Below are positions 8,121 through 18,480 of a stretch of 64,000 nucleotides of DNA, piece by piece. How positions within the stretch are numbered: the stretch's first letter is position 1; each line of letters begins with the position of its first letter. The position numbers and the translations under genes were made by a program. Under the pieces are notes generated by a model, which searched no databases, was not told the DNA's origin, and saw only the letters and a list, made by a program, of their open reading frames with translations. Source of the DNA: Terriglobia bacterium (GTDB lineage Bacteria > Acidobacteriota > Terriglobia > 20CM-2-55-15); the NCBI GenBank assembly GCA_965198225.1, contig CBDAOY010000008.1, forward strand, positions 960,001 to 1,024,000, written 5' to 3'.

Positions 8121-9278
8121 TCAGCGCAGATGTCGCGTGACCAGATCCCAGTAGCTGCGGAGCCGCCCGGAAGCTGCATCCTCCAGAAACCCGGCCATCG
8201 TTTGAATCAAACTCGTCGGTCGATGGCCACGAACGTTCCGAGGGTGACGGCCCCCGAAAGTGGGGAAGTAGGCGCGGACGAACACGGCATCCTCGGTGAT
8301 CGGAAAGGACCGAACATTGTCGACGTAATCGTTCCACTCCGGCCGGTTGAAAAGGTAGAACTCGACGTTGGAAGCGTAGAACACCGACACGGCCAGGCCG
8401 CGCCCGTCCAGGAAGGCCGCAGCAGCCCTCAAAGCTTTCGCTCCGGCAAAGTCGCCGACGATCGGGATGAGACGGTTCTCCCGATGTATGGATTGCAGGC
8501 GGTCGAATAACTCGTCGCTGGCCAGGTAGTTTTGATGCCGACCCTCCAGATCCGTCTCCAGAATCAGGTGTTCGAAGGTGGGATACCCGATGGGAGATCG
8601 CCCGAAACTCGAGAAACGAAGATCGAGGTTCTCCCGCGAGAACGTCTCGTAAATGTAGCGGATCCGATCCAGGTCGAATGCGCTCAGCTTGAGTTCGTAT
8701 TCTTCGAGCAGCATCCGTTCGACCTCTGCCAGACGAGGTTCGAACTCACCGCTTGGCGCTCTGCGCACCGCGCGGAGCATGTCGGGCAGGGCCAGGTCGA
8801 TGTTCCTTCGAGGACACTGCTTCGAGAACAGAAGACAAAGGAAGTCGTGGCGGTCTTCGGCCTCTTCGATCAGCACCTTGAACAACAGATGCTGCAGCAT
8901 GTTCTGCCGACGGATGTCTGCGATGATCGCCAGCGCCGGCTGCACGTGGACGATGTAGCTGAAATTCTGGTCGGGGCCGACACCGAAGTAGACGCCGCCC
9001 GGTTCGACTTGATTCCGCAGCGTGTCGATAACGTGCAGGTACGATGTCTCGTTCGAGATGAAGTTGTCGGTGTCGAAGTAGCCCTCAGCTTCAGAGAGCG
9101 CTTCGATGATCGCTCCGAAATCGGCGCGCGAAATCTCGAGGCTCGCGGCATTGGCGGACGGTTCGCTCGGGCGGGGACTCCAGGGGATCAGGCTGACGGC
9201 AAGGGCGGCCGCGACGGCCCCTCCCACGAAGACAAGCCGCCGACTCTGGGAGCTTTTCTGGGGTCGGTTCTCGTTCAT
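8121..9278 (-). CDS. Uncharacterised membrane-anchored protein, paralog of 33399-34532
   Basis: N-terminal TM; DNFISNE, GGVYFGVGPDQNFSYI, DIRRQNMLQHL, GDFAG and FYASNVEFYLF are shared with the second copy. Confidence 0.8.
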   Translation of the reverse strand: MNENRPQKSSQSRRLVFVGGAVAAALAVSLIPWSPRPSEPSANAASLEISRADFGAIIEALSEAEGYFDTDNFISNETSYLHVIDTLRNQVEPGGVYFGVGPDQNFSYIVHVQPALAIIADIRRQNMLQHLLFKVLIEEAEDRHDFLCLLFSKQCPRRNIDLALPDMLRAVRRAPSGEFEPRLAEVERMLLEEYELKLSAFDLDRIRYIYETFSRENLDLRFSSFGRSPIGYPTFEHLILETDLEGRHQNYLASDELFDRLQSIHRENRLIPIVGDFAGAKALRAAAAFLDGRGLAVSVFYASNVEFYLFNRPEWNDYVDNVRSFPITEDAVFVRAYFPTFGGRHPRNVRGHRPTSLIQTMAGFLEDAASGRLRSYWDLVTRHLR

Positions 9279-9605
9279 GACACCGACTAATCAGGTTTCT
9301 TGGCCGCGGCGCCTATCATGTCTCAGTTTGGCGGTGTGTTTCAAGCCAATCGACCTGTCTCGTCGACCTCTCGGAGTTCGAGCCTGTTGGGTGGAGTTCC
9401 CGGTTGCAGAAACCGAAGCGCCGGGGTGAAAGGGCGGTTCTACCCCGGCCAGCCGGCCTGACGAGTGCATCTTCTGTTCTCGTTAAGGAATGCTCGGGAC
9501 ATCGGAGTGCCTGGAGGTCGAATTCATACTGAAGTGAATGTGGAATCGGCCAGGTGGTCGACCGACGCACGGTAGGAGATGAGTGGGGACCGGACTCTTG
9601 AGATG

Positions 9606-9917
9606 TCAGTGCCGGCTCACTAGGCTGGCGCGCTTTCCAAGGTGAAGATCGTTGATTCTGCCGACACGGCAGTTCCACCGACGGCCATCGTTCAGCCGAA
9701 GCGTCAGCTGAGCGTTCCCCTGCATCAGCGACCACAAGTCGATGTCTACACCCACCTTGATGTCAGCCCGGGCCTCCTCGGACCGGATGTACTCGGATCC
9801 GTAGTCGGACCCTTCGACGGAGCCAAATCCGTAGACGACCTCTCCCAGGCACACATTACCGTGCAGGAGCTCGCCTTCACCCAAGACGGATTGGACCATG
9901 CGCAAACTTTTCGCCAT
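9606..9917 (-). CDS. Hypothetical protein, 103 aa
   Basis: Strong RBS (AAGGAGG) before the ATG; globular composition; fills an intergenic gap. Confidence 0.6.
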   Translation of the reverse strand: MAKSLRMVQSVLGEGELLHGNVCLGEVVYGFGSVEGSDYGSEYIRSEEARADIKVGVDIDLWSLMQGNAQLTLRLNDGRRWNCRVGRINDLHLGKRASLVSRH

Positions 9918-10033
9918 CGCAGGGACCTCCTTACCTCTGACTGTATCGTGAGTCGTTGACAGGACAATTCAGGTCCCAGCAAGGCAAAAAGTGGGCTATG
10001 CCCCCCCGGTTCGCTATGATGTCTGGACCTCCG

Positions 10034-10672
10034 ATGAAACACGCGCTCACATTCGAGGGCACCAGCGTCATCGTCGAAGAACCGGATGGATGGGACCGAT
10101 CTCTGGCTTTCATTCTCGGCCACGGTGCCGGACAGAGCATGGATTCACGCTTCATGTCGTTCTTCCACGATGGCCTCGCCGAGCTCGGATTCCTGTCGGT
10201 CAAATTCAATTTCCAATACATGGAACAAGGTCGGCGGGCACCTGACCATCAGAACAAGCTGCGCGCGACCTACCGGGGCGTCATCGATCTGATCACGGCA
10301 CGCCACGATCCGAGAGAGCTCATCATCGGGGGTAAATCCATGGGGGGACGCGTCGCATCCTACATCGCAGGCGAAATTCCTGCGGTGCGGGGCCTGGTCT
10401 TCCTGGGATACCCCCTGCACCCTCCTGGACGGACCGACAAGCTACGAGACGAACATCTTTATGATCTGGACCGCGACATGTTGTTCATCAGCGGTACTCG
10501 GGATTCGCTGGCGAGGCCGGAACTTCTGGACCGCGTTGTCGCCAAGATCGGCGCTCGCGCTCGACTCGTCCGGATCGAGGGCGGCGATCACTCGCTCCGC
10601 GTGAAGAAATCCGACGAGGAGTCCCTGGCCAACGCCCTCCAATCGATCGGAGATTGGTCCAGGCGCTTCTGA
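10034..10672 (+). CDS. Alpha/beta hydrolase (KANSL3/Tex30-like)
   Basis: GHGAG, GGKSMGGR, LGYPLHPPG and GGDHS motifs; start uncertain (10016-10034). Confidence 0.88.
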   Translation: MKHALTFEGTSVIVEEPDGWDRSLAFILGHGAGQSMDSRFMSFFHDGLAELGFLSVKFNFQYMEQGRRAPDHQNKLRATYRGVIDLITARHDPRELIIGGKSMGGRVASYIAGEIPAVRGLVFLGYPLHPPGRTDKLRDEHLYDLDRDMLFISGTRDSLARPELLDRVVAKIGARARLVRIEGGDHSLRVKKSDEESLANALQSIGDWSRRF

Positions 10673-10752
10673 CAAGGAGAGAGCATGGGTCGACGTGATG
10701 AGTTTAAGGAATGCCGGCCGGAGACTGCTCCCGGAACCGGGTGGGACGTTTC

Positions 10753-11466
10753 GTGACCGAACTGATCTACACCGAGGATGCCTACGTGAAGGAATTTGAG
10801 GCCGTGGTCGTTGGCGTCGAAGGCGATGCGGTCTCGCTGTCCCGCACCGCTTTCTATCCTGGCGGGGGCGGTCAGCCGAGCGACCAGGGAACGATCCGCT
10901 GGGACAGGGGAGAGGTCCGGGTGGCATCAGCCGGCAAACGAGGCGGCAACGTCCTCCACACCCTTGAGGGAGAGTCCCCGTCCCTCGGTGCGCCTGTCGC
11001 TGGGGTTCTGGACTGGGAACGCCGCTATGCCCTGATGCGGACGCACACCGCGTTGCACATCCTTTGCGCAGTCGTTTACCGCGATTTCGGTACCTGGGTG
11101 ACCGGAAGCAACATGAAACCGAATGAGGCTCGTATGGATTTCGAGCTGGATCGGCTCTCGGTCCAATTCACCGAAGATGTCGAAAGACGGATCAACGTCG
11201 AGGTCGAAGAAGCGCGTCCTATCCGCGTGCGTATCCTTCCCCGTGAAGAGGCTTTCCAGATCCCGGAACTGATCCGTACCAAGATCAATCTGCTACCGGA
11301 AGGAATCGCCGAGGTCCGAACCGTCGAGATCGAAGGCCTGGACCTCCAGGCCGACGGCGGAACCCACGTCGCGAACACCCGCGAGGTGGGCCCTATTCGC
11401 GTCGTGGGTCACGAGAGCAAGGGAAAGATCAACAAGCGGCTGAGAATCGCGCTGAGTCCCACATGA
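10753..11466 (+). CDS. AlaX family alanyl-tRNA editing protein
   Basis: TAFYPGGGGQPSD, MRTHTALH and DLQADGGTHV motifs. Confidence 0.92.
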   Translation: MTELIYTEDAYVKEFEAVVVGVEGDAVSLSRTAFYPGGGGQPSDQGTIRWDRGEVRVASAGKRGGNVLHTLEGESPSLGAPVAGVLDWERRYALMRTHTALHILCAVVYRDFGTWVTGSNMKPNEARMDFELDRLSVQFTEDVERRINVEVEEARPIRVRILPREEAFQIPELIRTKINLLPEGIAEVRTVEIEGLDLQADGGTHVANTREVGPIRVVGHESKGKINKRLRIALSPT

Positions 11467-11672
11467 GACGAGACCGGCGAAAGATCGGGGGAGACCCTCC
11501 GCCTGGCCCGAACCTCTCATGAATGTTCGCACGCGCGCTTTTCTCACCGGACGACCCGGACTATCAAACCGGTGTGTTTCGGTTCCCGGGAGTTCAGTTT
11601 CCGTCCCCGAATTCAACCGAATTCAAGCGCCTTGATCGTTGTCCTCGGGCATTCCGATGGCGCCTTGGCCGA

Positions 11673-13820
11673 TCATTTCAAGGTGTTGGCTCGTTTCCGC
11701 AGGCCGGCTTCGAGAGCCGGCGCGTAGCTCCGGCGGACGTACTCCTTCATCATCCGACGGGCACTGAACCGCGGTACGATGGTTGCGATTGACTTCTTGG
11801 CCATGGCGATCCACCGCCGTGGCAACCCGCGGTCCCGCTCGTAAAAGAGAGGGATGACTTCTTTCTCCAGGATTTCATACAGAAGGGCTGCGTCTGAGGG
11901 ATCGTCCCGGCGGGTTTCCAGATCTTCGGCCGTGGAACCGACCGACCAGCCGTTCCCTTCTTCAAAGCCTTCAAACCACCAACCGTCCGGCACGCTCAGG
12001 TTCAGCACCCCGTTCATGCCGGCCTTCTGCCCGCTCGTGCCGCAGGCTTCCAAGTGTGGCCTGGGAGTGTTCAGCCAGACATCGGCTCCCTGCACGAAAA
12101 AGCGTGCGGCATGCATTTCGTAGTTCTCCACAAAGGCGACGTGTCCGGCCAGGCCGTGATCCGTGGCCAGCGAGTAGATTTGCTGGATCAGCTGCTTTCC
12201 GGTCTCGTCGGCCGGGTGAGCCTTGCCGCCGAACACGAGTTGCAGCGGCCTCCAACGGTCGGTAATCAGGTTCCGCATTCGATCGAGATCCTCGAAAATC
12301 AGCGCCGCGCGCTTGTATCCGGTAAAACGCCGTGCAAAGCCGATCGTCAGGGCGTCGGGGTCAAGAAGGCTACCCATTCCCAACACCTGCTTGGGGTCGA
12401 CCTCCCCCGATGACCACCGGCCTCGCGCCCTTTCACGGACGAAGGCAAGCAGCTTGCGCTTGAGGCGGAGGTGGACATTCCAGAACTCTTCATCGGGAAT
12501 CTCAAAGATCCCCTGCCACAGGTCCTCGTCGTCGTGCCGGTCGACCCAGTCCTCGCCGAGACACCTGTCGAGCAGCAGGCCCAGCTCGGTCGAAATCCAG
12601 GTCGGCGCGTGGACACCGTTGGTGATCGATCCGATCGGCACACTCTCCTCGGCAGTGTCGGGCCAGAGCCCCCGCCACATTCGTCGCGAGACCCGACCGT
12701 GGAGTCTACTGACGCCATTCCTGCGTCCGCTCGTCCTCAGCGCCAACGCCGTCATGTTGAATTCTCCGTCATGCGCACCGAGATCCATAAACTGTCGGAG
12801 CGCCAGGCCAAGATCGTTGGAGTAGTCACCGAAATACTTCTCGACCATGTGGAAGGGAAACGAATCGTGTCCGGCCCGCACCGGAGTGTGTGTCGTGAAT
12901 ATCGAACTTTCCCGGACTGCTTCGGACGCCTGCTCGAAGGAATGCCCATCGAGAACGAGTTCCCGGATCCGCTCCACGAACATGAAGGACGTATGGCCCT
13001 CGTTCGCATGCCACACCTCTGGAGCAACACCCAAAGCCCGGAGAGTGCGCACGCCGCCGATACCGAGGACGATCTCCTGCCGGATGCGATGTTCTCGGTC
13101 GCCTCCGTAAAGCCGTGCGGACAGATCCCGATTCTGCGGTTCATTCTCCTCCACGTCGGTATCCATCAGGTAGAGCGATACCCCGCCGATCAGAACCTGC
13201 CAGACACCAAAATGGATCGTTTCCTCGTTCAATTGAAGCTGGACCAGAAACCTTCGATCATCGACCGCGCGCTGGATCGGCGATGCGTCTCGTTCGAGCC
13301 TCTGGTCCACGTTTTCCTGCCAGCCGTCAGAACGCAACCGCTGATGGAAGTATCCTTGGGGATAGACGAAACCGACTCCGAGGAGTGGGACCCCCAGGTC
13401 GCTTGATTCCTTGCACTTATCGCCAGCGAGAATCCCCAGACCGCCGGAATAGATCGGGAGTGAGCTGTGCAGACCGAATTCAGCGGAGAAGTACGCGACG
13501 GGCCGGTCTTTCAGGGAAGGGAATGCCTCGGCAAACCACTTTCCTTCGCCGAGGGCGGCGGCGGCCATCGTGGCGAGGACGGAATCGTACGCCCCGAGAA
13601 ACTCCTCATCGCTGGCCGCCTCCTCCAGCACCTGCGGAGGCAGTTCGCGCAGCAACCGGACGGGGTTGTGGTGGGTCAGCTTCCAAAGGCGCGGGTCCAG
13701 CGTCTTGAAGAGCTCCCGCGCGCCACGGTCCCAGCTCCACCAGAGGTTGTGGGCCAGGCTATCGAGTCTGGCAATTCGCGGCGGAATCGGGGGTGGAGCC
13801 AAGGCCATTGGAATAGGCAA
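11673..13820 (-). CDS. glgP: Alpha-glucan (glycogen/maltodextrin) phosphorylase
   Basis: [29 protein letters not shown] and EACGTSGQK (PLP site); start may be ATG 13808. Confidence 0.95.
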   Translation of the reverse strand: MPIPMALAPPPIPPRIARLDSLAHNLWWSWDRGARELFKTLDPRLWKLTHHNPVRLLRELPPQVLEEAASDEEFLGAYDSVLATMAAAALGEGKWFAEAFPSLKDRPVAYFSAEFGLHSSLPIYSGGLGILAGDKCKESSDLGVPLLGVGFVYPQGYFHQRLRSDGWQENVDQRLERDASPIQRAVDDRRFLVQLQLNEETIHFGVWQVLIGGVSLYLMDTDVEENEPQNRDLSARLYGGDREHRIRQEIVLGIGGVRTLRALGVAPEVWHANEGHTSFMFVERIRELVLDGHSFEQASEAVRESSIFTTHTPVRAGHDSFPFHMVEKYFGDYSNDLGLALRQFMDLGAHDGEFNMTALALRTSGRRNGVSRLHGRVSRRMWRGLWPDTAEESVPIGSITNGVHAPTWISTELGLLLDRCLGEDWVDRHDDEDLWQGIFEIPDEEFWNVHLRLKRKLLAFVRERARGRWSSGEVDPKQVLGMGSLLDPDALTIGFARRFTGYKRAALIFEDLDRMRNLITDRWRPLQLVFGGKAHPADETGKQLIQQIYSLATDHGLAGHVAFVENYEMHAARFFVQGADVWLNTPRPHLEACGTSGQKAGMNGVLNLSVPDGWWFEGFEEGNGWSVGSTAEDLETRRDDPSDAALLYEILEKEVIPLFYERDRGLPRRWIAMAKKSIATIVPRFSARRMMKEYVRRSYAPALEAGLRKRANTLK

Positions 13821-14181
13821 TGTGTCAGGCCGAGCGCGGCTTCATCTCTGCTTCCAGAACCTTCTCGAAGCTATCGATTTCGAACGGAATTCCTTGAAAC
13901 GGAATAACAGCGGTCGTCAGGCGGCCTCGGCGACACTGTCGGGCACCTGCATGGGCCCGGGCAAGAAAAGTAAGCGGACGCTTCACAGAAGAAATTCCTC
14001 CAACGCCAAATGATCCGGGGGCGGTCAATCGCACTCGGCAAAATCCGATCCCGTCCGGAAATGAACAGTATCCCACGAATCCCCACAGAGGAGGGTTCGC
14101 GAAGGGGAAGTTGGCCCCACGGAGTGCAAACGGCGGTCGGGTGGGCTTAGCCGGCCCCGCTTTAGGGTAGTATAGACACCG

Positions 14182-16920
14182 ATGTCTTCTGAACATCCTC
14201 AAATGCCCGAACTTCCGCCGGGCGCCGGGCTGGTCTACCGGCTGTTCGGAATCATCTTCTTCTTGCTCGTCGCGAACCAGGCGGTGGCGATCTACGTCGA
14301 AACATTGTGGTTCGAGAGCGTGGGCTACGAGTCCGTCTACTGGTACCGACTCACTATGCAGCTGGGGACCTTCGGCGTCTTCGCCCTGGCGACGAGCGCC
14401 TCGCTGTGGCTGTTATTCCGTTTGATAGCGCCACGGGCCGACGAGAGCCGCTCAGCGATCGAGTTTGGTGGCGAACGAATCGTGATCCCACCGGGAGAGT
14501 TCTTCCGACGAATCGCGGCCGTCGGGGCTATCCTTTTCGGGTTTCTGTTCGGCCTGGCCTACAGCATCGACTGGCCCCGGTACGCGCTGTTCTTCAACCG
14601 GCCGTCCGCCTCAGGAATAACGGACCCAATCCTGGGCCGGGACCTGAACTTCTATCTCTTCGTTCTGCCGATGCTCGACGCCGTCGTGTCCTGGTTCCTG
14701 TCGGTGGCTGTGATCATCGGTTTCGCGGGAGCGCTGCTGGCTCCGCTGGACCGAACGATGAAGTTTCGTGGTCTATCCCTGGCGGTGGTCATCGTTTCTG
14801 TGGCCCTGGCCGCAAGAGCCTACCTCTATCAGTTCCACCTGCTGTATGGGGAGCACCCTCTCTTTTCCGGGGTCACCTACGTCGACGAGAACGCAATCAT
14901 CCCCGGCCTATCGGTTATCGTCGTCACCCTGCTCGTCGCCGCCGCCATCAGCGCCTACAACCTTCACGCCTGTCGTCCCCGAAACCTGATGATAGCGGGA
15001 GGGATTCCGGCGCTGGCGTACTTGTTTGCATGGATCCTCGTGCCGGGATATGTCACGAACTTCGTCGTTCGGCCGAACGAACTGGTGAGGGAAACGCCCT
15101 ACATCCAGCGAAGCATCGAGCACACCAGAAAGGCTTTCGGGCTCGACGGCATCGAAGAGATTCCGTTCGAACCGGTCGTTACCGATGCGTTGTTCGACCC
15201 GTCCATGCACATACAGACGCTGGAGAACGTGCGGCTGTGGGACTGGCGGGCTCTGCAGGCGACTCTGGGCCAGGTGCAGGAAATTCGGACATACTACGAC
15301 TTTGCCGACGTCGATGTCGATCGTTATGAAATAGACGGCGAGAAGAGATCGATGATGCTCGCCACCAGAGAGCTGAACCTGGCGAACCTGCCGTCAGCGT
15401 CGAGCAACTGGATCAACGAACGTCTCATCTTCACCCATGGATACGGCGTGACGATGAACCCGGTCAACGGGTTCACGAGCGAAGGCCTTCCGGAGTTTGT
15501 CCTCCATGACATGCCGGTCGAGAGTACGATCCCGGAGATCGAGGTCCTTCGGCCCGAGGTTTACTTCGGGGAGCTGACGAACTGGCCGGTGTACGTGAAG
15601 ACACAGCAGCAGGAGTTCAACTACCCGGAAGGGGAGAGCAACAACTACAACACCTACGAGGGGGCCGGCGGGATACCGATCGGCGGACTCCTGCGCCGTC
15701 TTATCCTGGCCTACGAGACCGGCGAGCTGACGACCCTGCCGTTTGCCGATGACGTGACCCCGGAAAGCCAGCTTCTGATGCGCCGCAACATCCGGCAACG
15801 CGTCCAAACCATCGCACCGTTCCTGATCTACGATGACGATGCCTACATCGTAGTCGGTGACGACGGCGGGCTTTACTGGATCATCGACGCTTTCACGGTC
15901 GCGGACACCTATCCGTATTCGAGGCAGGTCGCGTTCGGCCGGGGTAGCGTCAACTACATCCGCAACAGCGTCAAGGTCGTCGTCAACGCCTATAACGGAA
16001 CGACACGGTTCTACGTGTTCGAGCCAGACGACCCCGTCATCCAGGCATACCGCAACACGTTCCCGGATCTGTTCGTCGACGCGGACGACATGCCTGGATG
16101 GTTACGGCCGCACACACGCTATCCGGAACTCCTGTTCCGGATACAGGCGCTCGTGTACGCCACCTACCATGTCGAGGACGAACAGGTCTTCTACAACCAG
16201 GAGGACCTCTGGACGGTCGCTCAGCAGGGACGATCCCAGGCCGGCTCCGATGAGATCGAGCCCTACTTCGTGCTGATGCGTTTCCCGGGCGAGGCCGACG
16301 TGGAGTTCGTGTCGATCCTCCCTTTCACGCCTTCGAACCGGAACAACCTCATCGGCTGGATGGCCGCCCGCAGCGATGGTGACGCCTATGGGAAGCTTCG
16401 CGCCTACCAGTTCCCGAAGACCCGTTTCATCGACGGCCCGCTCCAGATCGAGGCTCGCATCGATCAGGACCCCGAACTGTCGTCGCAGTTGAGCCTGTGG
16501 AACCAACAGGGGTCCAACGTGCTTCGCGGCAACCTGCTCGTGATCCCCCTGGAAGAGACGCTCCTTTTTGTGGCGCCGATTTACCTGCAGGCTGAACGCA
16601 GCCCGATGCCGGAACTGCGGATCGTCGTCCTGGCCACTCAGGATCGGATGGCCTACGGCGCGAGTTTCGAGGAAGCCCTCGAGGGGCTACTCGAAGGAAC
16701 CCCCTCGAGGGCGCCGAGGGAGGAACTCACGGAGGCGGAGCCCGGCGCCCGTCCGGTCTCCACGACAGGTGGAGAGAGCCGGGATAGCCTCATCGCCCAG
16801 GCCAGCCAGGCGCTTGAAGCGTACCAGCGCTTGACCGCGGAGGGTAAGCTCGCTGACGCCGGGCAGGCGCTCGAAGAACTGAAGGCAACGCTTGACGCAT
16901 TGGCCGGCCCGGGCCGGTGA
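14182..16920 (+). CDS. UPF0182 family membrane protein
   Basis: Multiple N-terminal TMs; NVRLWD, QEIRTYY, DVDRY, FTHGYG, YIRNSVK and RGNLLVIP motifs. Confidence 0.93.
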   Translation: MSSEHPQMPELPPGAGLVYRLFGIIFFLLVANQAVAIYVETLWFESVGYESVYWYRLTMQLGTFGVFALATSASLWLLFRLIAPRADESRSAIEFGGERIVIPPGEFFRRIAAVGAILFGFLFGLAYSIDWPRYALFFNRPSASGITDPILGRDLNFYLFVLPMLDAVVSWFLSVAVIIGFAGALLAPLDRTMKFRGLSLAVVIVSVALAARAYLYQFHLLYGEHPLFSGVTYVDENAIIPGLSVIVVTLLVAAAISAYNLHACRPRNLMIAGGIPALAYLFAWILVPGYVTNFVVRPNELVRETPYIQRSIEHTRKAFGLDGIEEIPFEPVVTDALFDPSMHIQTLENVRLWDWRALQATLGQVQEIRTYYDFADVDVDRYEIDGEKRSMMLATRELNLANLPSASSNWINERLIFTHGYGVTMNPVNGFTSEGLPEFVLHDMPVESTIPEIEVLRPEVYFGELTNWPVYVKTQQQEFNYPEGESNNYNTYEGAGGIPIGGLLRRLILAYETGELTTLPFADDVTPESQLLMRRNIRQRVQTIAPFLIYDDDAYIVVGDDGGLYWIIDAFTVADTYPYSRQVAFGRGSVNYIRNSVKVVVNAYNGTTRFYVFEPDDPVIQAYRNTFPDLFVDADDMPGWLRPHTRYPELLFRIQALVYATYHVEDEQVFYNQEDLWTVAQQGRSQAGSDEIEPYFVLMRFPGEADVEFVSILPFTPSNRNNLIGWMAARSDGDAYGKLRAYQFPKTRFIDGPLQIEARIDQDPELSSQLSLWNQQGSNVLRGNLLVIPLEETLLFVAPIYLQAERSPMPELRIVVLATQDRMAYGASFEEALEGLLEGTPSRAPREELTEAEPGARPVSTTGGESRDSLIAQASQALEAYQRLTAEGKLADAGQALEELKATLDALAGPGR

Positions 16921-16995
16921 CTTGCGATTCGGGACCGTGAGCCATTGAGTCAGGTTTCGGGGCGGCCTGGCTGACCCTCCCTCGATCACCGACCC

Positions 16996-17844
16996 ATGCC
17001 TGGAGCCAAACCAGCCGTGCGCCTTCTAGCCGTCGACCTGGACGGGACCCTCCTCGATTCGAACTGGGAGTTGAGCGATCGGAACCGGCGGGCTCTCACT
17101 AGGGCCAGAACGCAGGGAGTCGAGATCGCGATCGTTACCGGGCGGCGCAACTCTGCCGCACGAACTTTGGTTCAGTCGCTCGACTTCGACCACTACCTGA
17201 TCACGAGCGCCGGCGCGCTGGTTTCATCCAAGACTGCGGGTCCGCTACTGTCCCACCAATGGGATGAAGGTCTTCTGGAACAGTTTCTATCGCATGTCCA
17301 ACGATTCCGGGGGGCGACGTTCCTGATCACGGACTCCGAAGGGCCCGGGGAAATTCAGTGTCAGGATCCCGATCTCGAGGATCCGCACGTCGGGCGTTAC
17401 GTCCGCTTGAACGAGGGCTTCATCGCCCGGAACTCAAACCTTGCCGCCCACCGCGGTGCCGGCGTCCTTCAGGTCGCTTTCATGGGCAGCCTTATCCGAA
17501 TGGACGAGTTGCGCGGCGTCATCGATGGCTTCGGATCTCTTGACAACATATCCGTTTCGCACACCCGGTACCCCGAGCGGAACTTCGAATTGATCGATGC
17601 GGTCCGCTGCGACGCCGACAAGGGCCATGCTGTCCGTAAACTAGCCGAAATGCTGGGCATCGCAGCCGGGCGGACGATGGCGATCGGGGACAATCACGCG
17701 GACGAGGCGATGCTCGAGTTCGCGGGCCATCCTTTCGTCGTGGCGAACGCTCAAGACGAGCTCAAGCGGAGATGGCCGGTGATCCCGAGCAACGACGAAG
17801 ACGGCGTCGCCCTTGCGATCGATGCCCGCCTGCCACCCTCCTGA
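16996..17844 (+). CDS. Cof-type HAD-IIB phosphatase
   Basis: DLDGTLL, TGR, K and GDNHAD motifs. Confidence 0.92.
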   Translation: MPGAKPAVRLLAVDLDGTLLDSNWELSDRNRRALTRARTQGVEIAIVTGRRNSAARTLVQSLDFDHYLITSAGALVSSKTAGPLLSHQWDEGLLEQFLSHVQRFRGATFLITDSEGPGEIQCQDPDLEDPHVGRYVRLNEGFIARNSNLAAHRGAGVLQVAFMGSLIRMDELRGVIDGFGSLDNISVSHTRYPERNFELIDAVRCDADKGHAVRKLAEMLGIAAGRTMAIGDNHADEAMLEFAGHPFVVANAQDELKRRWPVIPSNDEDGVALAIDARLPPS

Positions 17845-18480
17845 TCAGTTACCTTCCTCCACTTTGCACGATTCAGCTTCCCGCCTAGGAATTTCGTAAC
17901 GGCTACATGACTGAACCAGAAATTCATTTATTCAAGGAGTAATTGAGACTATTCCAGATGTCAGAGCCGCGTCCCGGACGGTATTCGAACCTGCGGCAGC
18001 GGAGCCGGGCAAGGCAGCTCCTAGGTCAAACGCAGAATTCTGATTCGAAAGTATTTATCGCCACGGGTGGATGATCTGCCGTTTAGAAGGAGTCGAAGGG
18101 AATGGCGTGCAGGAAGCAAGCCACACGGCACCTGGAAGGTGCCGCTAACAGACAGGATGCTGGGGGTCCGGGGGGACCCGAAAGAGTCAATCTCCCACCA
18201 CCCGCGACGATTCTCCAATCCGATAGCATCTGGTTCCGAACTGCGTTTCGACCCGGGCCGCACGCAGTCTTTGCTTCAGACCATCCGCAGCCGTCTCTTC
18301 GGAAAAAAACCATTTTGGACCTAAAGAAATCCTACGGAGTGCCGATGAGGGGGAGGACAGCCGGAACCCTCGGCCCCGGCCGCCTGCGGGTGGTTGGGCA
18401 CTCCGTCTAGTCGTGCAACCGAGAGGGTAGCCGCAACGCGGCACGGCAACAGGTACTACGGATACTCAAGGAGATCCTAC

